DNA of 64,000 nucleotides from an uncultured Candidatus Saccharibacteria bacterium (GTDB lineage Bacteria; Patescibacteriota; Minisyncoccia; Minisyncoccales; GWA2-38-27), in the NCBI GenBank assembly GCA_964447515.1, contig CAYUSS010000004.1:532-64531 (forward strand), in the 5' to 3' direction. Position numbers and translations under genes: made by a program. Shown here one piece after another: positions 62,231 to 64,000 of this stretch (position 1 is its first letter; every line of letters starts with the position of its first letter). The notes under the pieces were generated by a model, which saw nothing but the letters and a program-made list of their open reading frames with translations, was not told the origin of the DNA and made no database searches.

Positions 62231-62261
62231 AATCGCCAAGGGGGCGATTTTTTGGTAGAAT
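62231..62261 (+). promoter_or_regulatory. terminator hairpin fused to extended -10 (TGGTAGAAT)
   Basis: AATCGCC-AAGGG-GGCGATT and a T-run, then TGGTAGAAT, 7 nt before ATG 62269. Confidence 0.5.
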
Positions 62262-62268
62262 GGAATAT

Positions 62269-62355
62269 ATGAATATTGAAGTGGAGATAAAAGTTAAAAT
62301 AGATAGTCTTGGTCAGAAAAAGGGGTCAGGAACCTTTTTTGCAATAAGAAAATAG
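62269..62355 (+). pseudogene. truncated CYTH-domain gene start (28 codons)
   Basis: MNIEVEIKVKIDSL resembles the E.E.K beta-1 strand start of CYTH/CyaB-like proteins. The ORF runs into the hairpin AAAAAGGGGTCAGGAACCTTTTTT and stops. Confidence 0.35.
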
Positions 62356-62417
62356 TGTCAACTCTGAATTTTTAACAGGAAACAAAAAGTCGAAAAATTA
62401 ATTGAAAAATAAAATTT

Positions 62418-62783
62418 ATGGAAAAAAATTTAACTATAAAAGAAATTCAACATATTATTGATAAATGGATTAAAACATTTGGGGTTCGGTATTTTTCTGA
62501 ACTTACGATTTTAGCTCTATTAGTTGAAGAAGTAGGAGAGGTTGCTAGGGTTGTATCAAGAGTTTATGGTGACCAAAGCTTTAAAAAATCAGAAGAAGAT
62601 AAAAATTTAGCTGATGAATTGGCAGATGTACTTTTCGTATTAATTTGCCTTGCCAACAAAACAGGGATTGATTTAACAAAAGCACTTCAGAAAAATCTTG
62701 ATAAAAAAACAAGTAGAGATAAAGATAGACAAAGAAATAATTTGAAGTTAACGAAGAAGGGTAACTCGAAAAGGAAGGATTAG
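62418..62783 (+). CDS. MazG-like nucleotide pyrophosphohydrolase
   Basis: EEVGEVARVV ... LADELADVLFVLICLAN is the EExxE...D all-alpha NTP-PPase pattern. Confidence 0.75.
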   Translation: MEKNLTIKEIQHIIDKWIKTFGVRYFSELTILALLVEEVGEVARVVSRVYGDQSFKKSEEDKNLADELADVLFVLICLANKTGIDLTKALQKNLDKKTSRDKDRQRNNLKLTKKGNSKRKD

Positions 62784-62939
62784 TAAAATATGTTATTCTT
62801 ATGTTCTCAAGAACATAAGAATAAGGAATCCGAGCAAAAGCCTGTTGAAGTCAGACTTCAACAGACGACTTTGGTAAAAAAGTAAAAAAATTAAACCAAG
62901 TCAAACAAGGATTGAAGAATTAATTGAGAAATAAAATTT

Positions 62940-63200
62940 ATGGCAATAATCAAGAAGAAAATTTGGCCAAAATATTTTGAGTTGGTAAAATCTGGTAAAA
63001 AGAAATTTGAGTTGAGATTGGCTGATTTTAGAGTGAAAGAAGGAGATGTTTTAATTTTAGAGGAATGGAATCAGAAAACGAAAAAATACACCGGCAGGGA
63101 AATAAAAAAGAAAGTAAAATATATTGCAAAATTCAAACTTGATAAATTTGGGCAGAAGAAAGAAATTGAGAAAAAGGGATTATATGTAATTCAATTTTAA
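62940..63200 (+). CDS. ASCH/DUF3850-like small protein
   Basis: 86 aa. ..FELVKSGKKKFELRLADF.VKEGDVLILEEW matches the PUA-like ASCH beta-barrel start. Confidence 0.5.
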   Translation: MAIIKKKIWPKYFELVKSGKKKFELRLADFRVKEGDVLILEEWNQKTKKYTGREIKKKVKYIAKFKLDKFGQKKEIEKKGLYVIQF

Positions 63201-63213
63201 ATAGTTAAAATTT

Positions 63214-63657
63214 ATGAAAATAACAATTTGTGGGAGTATTGCATTTTTTGACGAAATGCTTGATATCAAAAAACAATTGGAGGAGTTGGGGCATGAAGTA
63301 AAAATGCCTCCTGTTAAAGTTGAAGACGGCAGCGGTAATTTAATATCAGCTGCGGATTATTATAAAATTAGAAAACAATCTACAGTTGATAAAGGTTGGA
63401 TTTGGGACAGGAAAGAATGGGCAATGAAAAAACATTTTAATAAAGTTGCTTGGTCAGACGCAATATTGGTTTTAAATTACGAAAAGAATGATATTAAGAA
63501 TTATGTCGGAGCAAATACTTTTTTAGAAATGGGATTGGCTTTTCATTTAAATAAGAAAATTTATTTAATGAATTCTATCCCGGAAGTATCGTATAAAGAA
63601 GAGCTGTTAGGGATGAAACCAATTATTATAGATAGAAATTTAAATAAAATTTTATAA
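63214..63657 (+). CDS. nucleoside 2-deoxyribosyltransferase-like protein
   Basis: MKITICGSIAFFDEM...LG.EV..P is a Rossmann-like start typical of NDT/DNPH1-like proteins. Assignment is tentative. Confidence 0.4.
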   Translation: MKITICGSIAFFDEMLDIKKQLEELGHEVKMPPVKVEDGSGNLISAADYYKIRKQSTVDKGWIWDRKEWAMKKHFNKVAWSDAILVLNYEKNDIKNYVGANTFLEMGLAFHLNKKIYLMNSIPEVSYKEELLGMKPIIIDRNLNKIL

Positions 63658-63748
63658 AAATAAAAACAGGGACGTTTCTATTTTTAGAAAATAAGCCAAT
63701 CAATTTTAGGCAAAGGATTTTAGAAATCAAAAAAACTAATTAAATTAT

Positions 63749-63913
63749 ATGAACATAGAATACGAAGCAACATTTTTGAAAATAGATAGAGATGAAATAA
63801 GGAAAAGATTAAGAAATGCAGGAGCGAAATTGATAAAACCCGAATTTTTACAAAAACGTGTTGTTTTTAATTTACCAAAAAGCTTTGATGGATATAGCTG
63901 GTTGAAGTTATAG
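63749..63913 (+). pseudogene. truncated CYTH-domain gene (54 codons)
   Basis: MNIEYEATFLKIDRDEIRKRLRNAGAKLIKPEFLQKRVVF is a CYTH N-terminus, with a premature TAG at 63911-63913. Full-length CYTH proteins are about 170 aa. Confidence 0.45.
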
Positions 63914-64000
63914 ATAATAAAATTTCAGAAATAACTTTTAATAGTGAAAATCCATTTCTGAAATTTAAAAATAGTAAATAATATGAAGGTTTATTTTGTA

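Overview
AT-rich, gene-dense window, mostly on the + strand. It looks like a small-genome Patescibacteria/CPR-type bacterium; this is an inference from gene content and style, since no search could be run. Core content is as follows. Cell wall and division: murC, mraY-murD-ftsW-murG, a membrane-anchored murF-like ligase, a DegT-type aminotransferase, a FemAB-like gene, ftsQ, uppS and a DD-carboxypeptidase/Kelch fusion. Translation: efp, fmt, aspS, lysS, serS, rplI, rpmA, tRNA-Lys and tRNA-Ala. Also present: grpE-dnaK-dnaJ, a Liv-type ABC importer, pyrG, an AMMECR1/LigB-like/radical-SAM cluster and two GT39-type glycosyltransferases. I saw no rRNA, CRISPR array, reverse transcriptase, integrase or intact transposase. 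The most unusual signal is not a gene cluster but a very high density of short GC-rich palindromic and heptamer repeat families. Several of these sit in-frame inside essential genes (murC three times, murD twice, mraY, murF, fmt, the FemAB-like gene, a GT39 gene, and the AMMECR1 and LigB-like genes). Others form conserved junctions between small cassettes in the first 9.5 kb, or compact terminator / extended -10 / leaderless-ATG modules. One forms a leader shared by pyrG and a secreted nuclease. A hairpin-flanked 21-codon remnant resembling the N-terminus of a Y1 (IS200/RAYT-like) transposase lies at 375-440 and may be a footprint of the mobiliser. Other items are a LAGLIDADG gene with an in-frame TGA 8 nt after tRNA-Lys, a surface-protein cluster at 57.7-61.9 kb with a shared N-terminal anchor cassette, and a MazG/ASCH/NDT-like cassette bracketed by two truncated CYTH gene starts. 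All functional calls come from motif recognition by eye.
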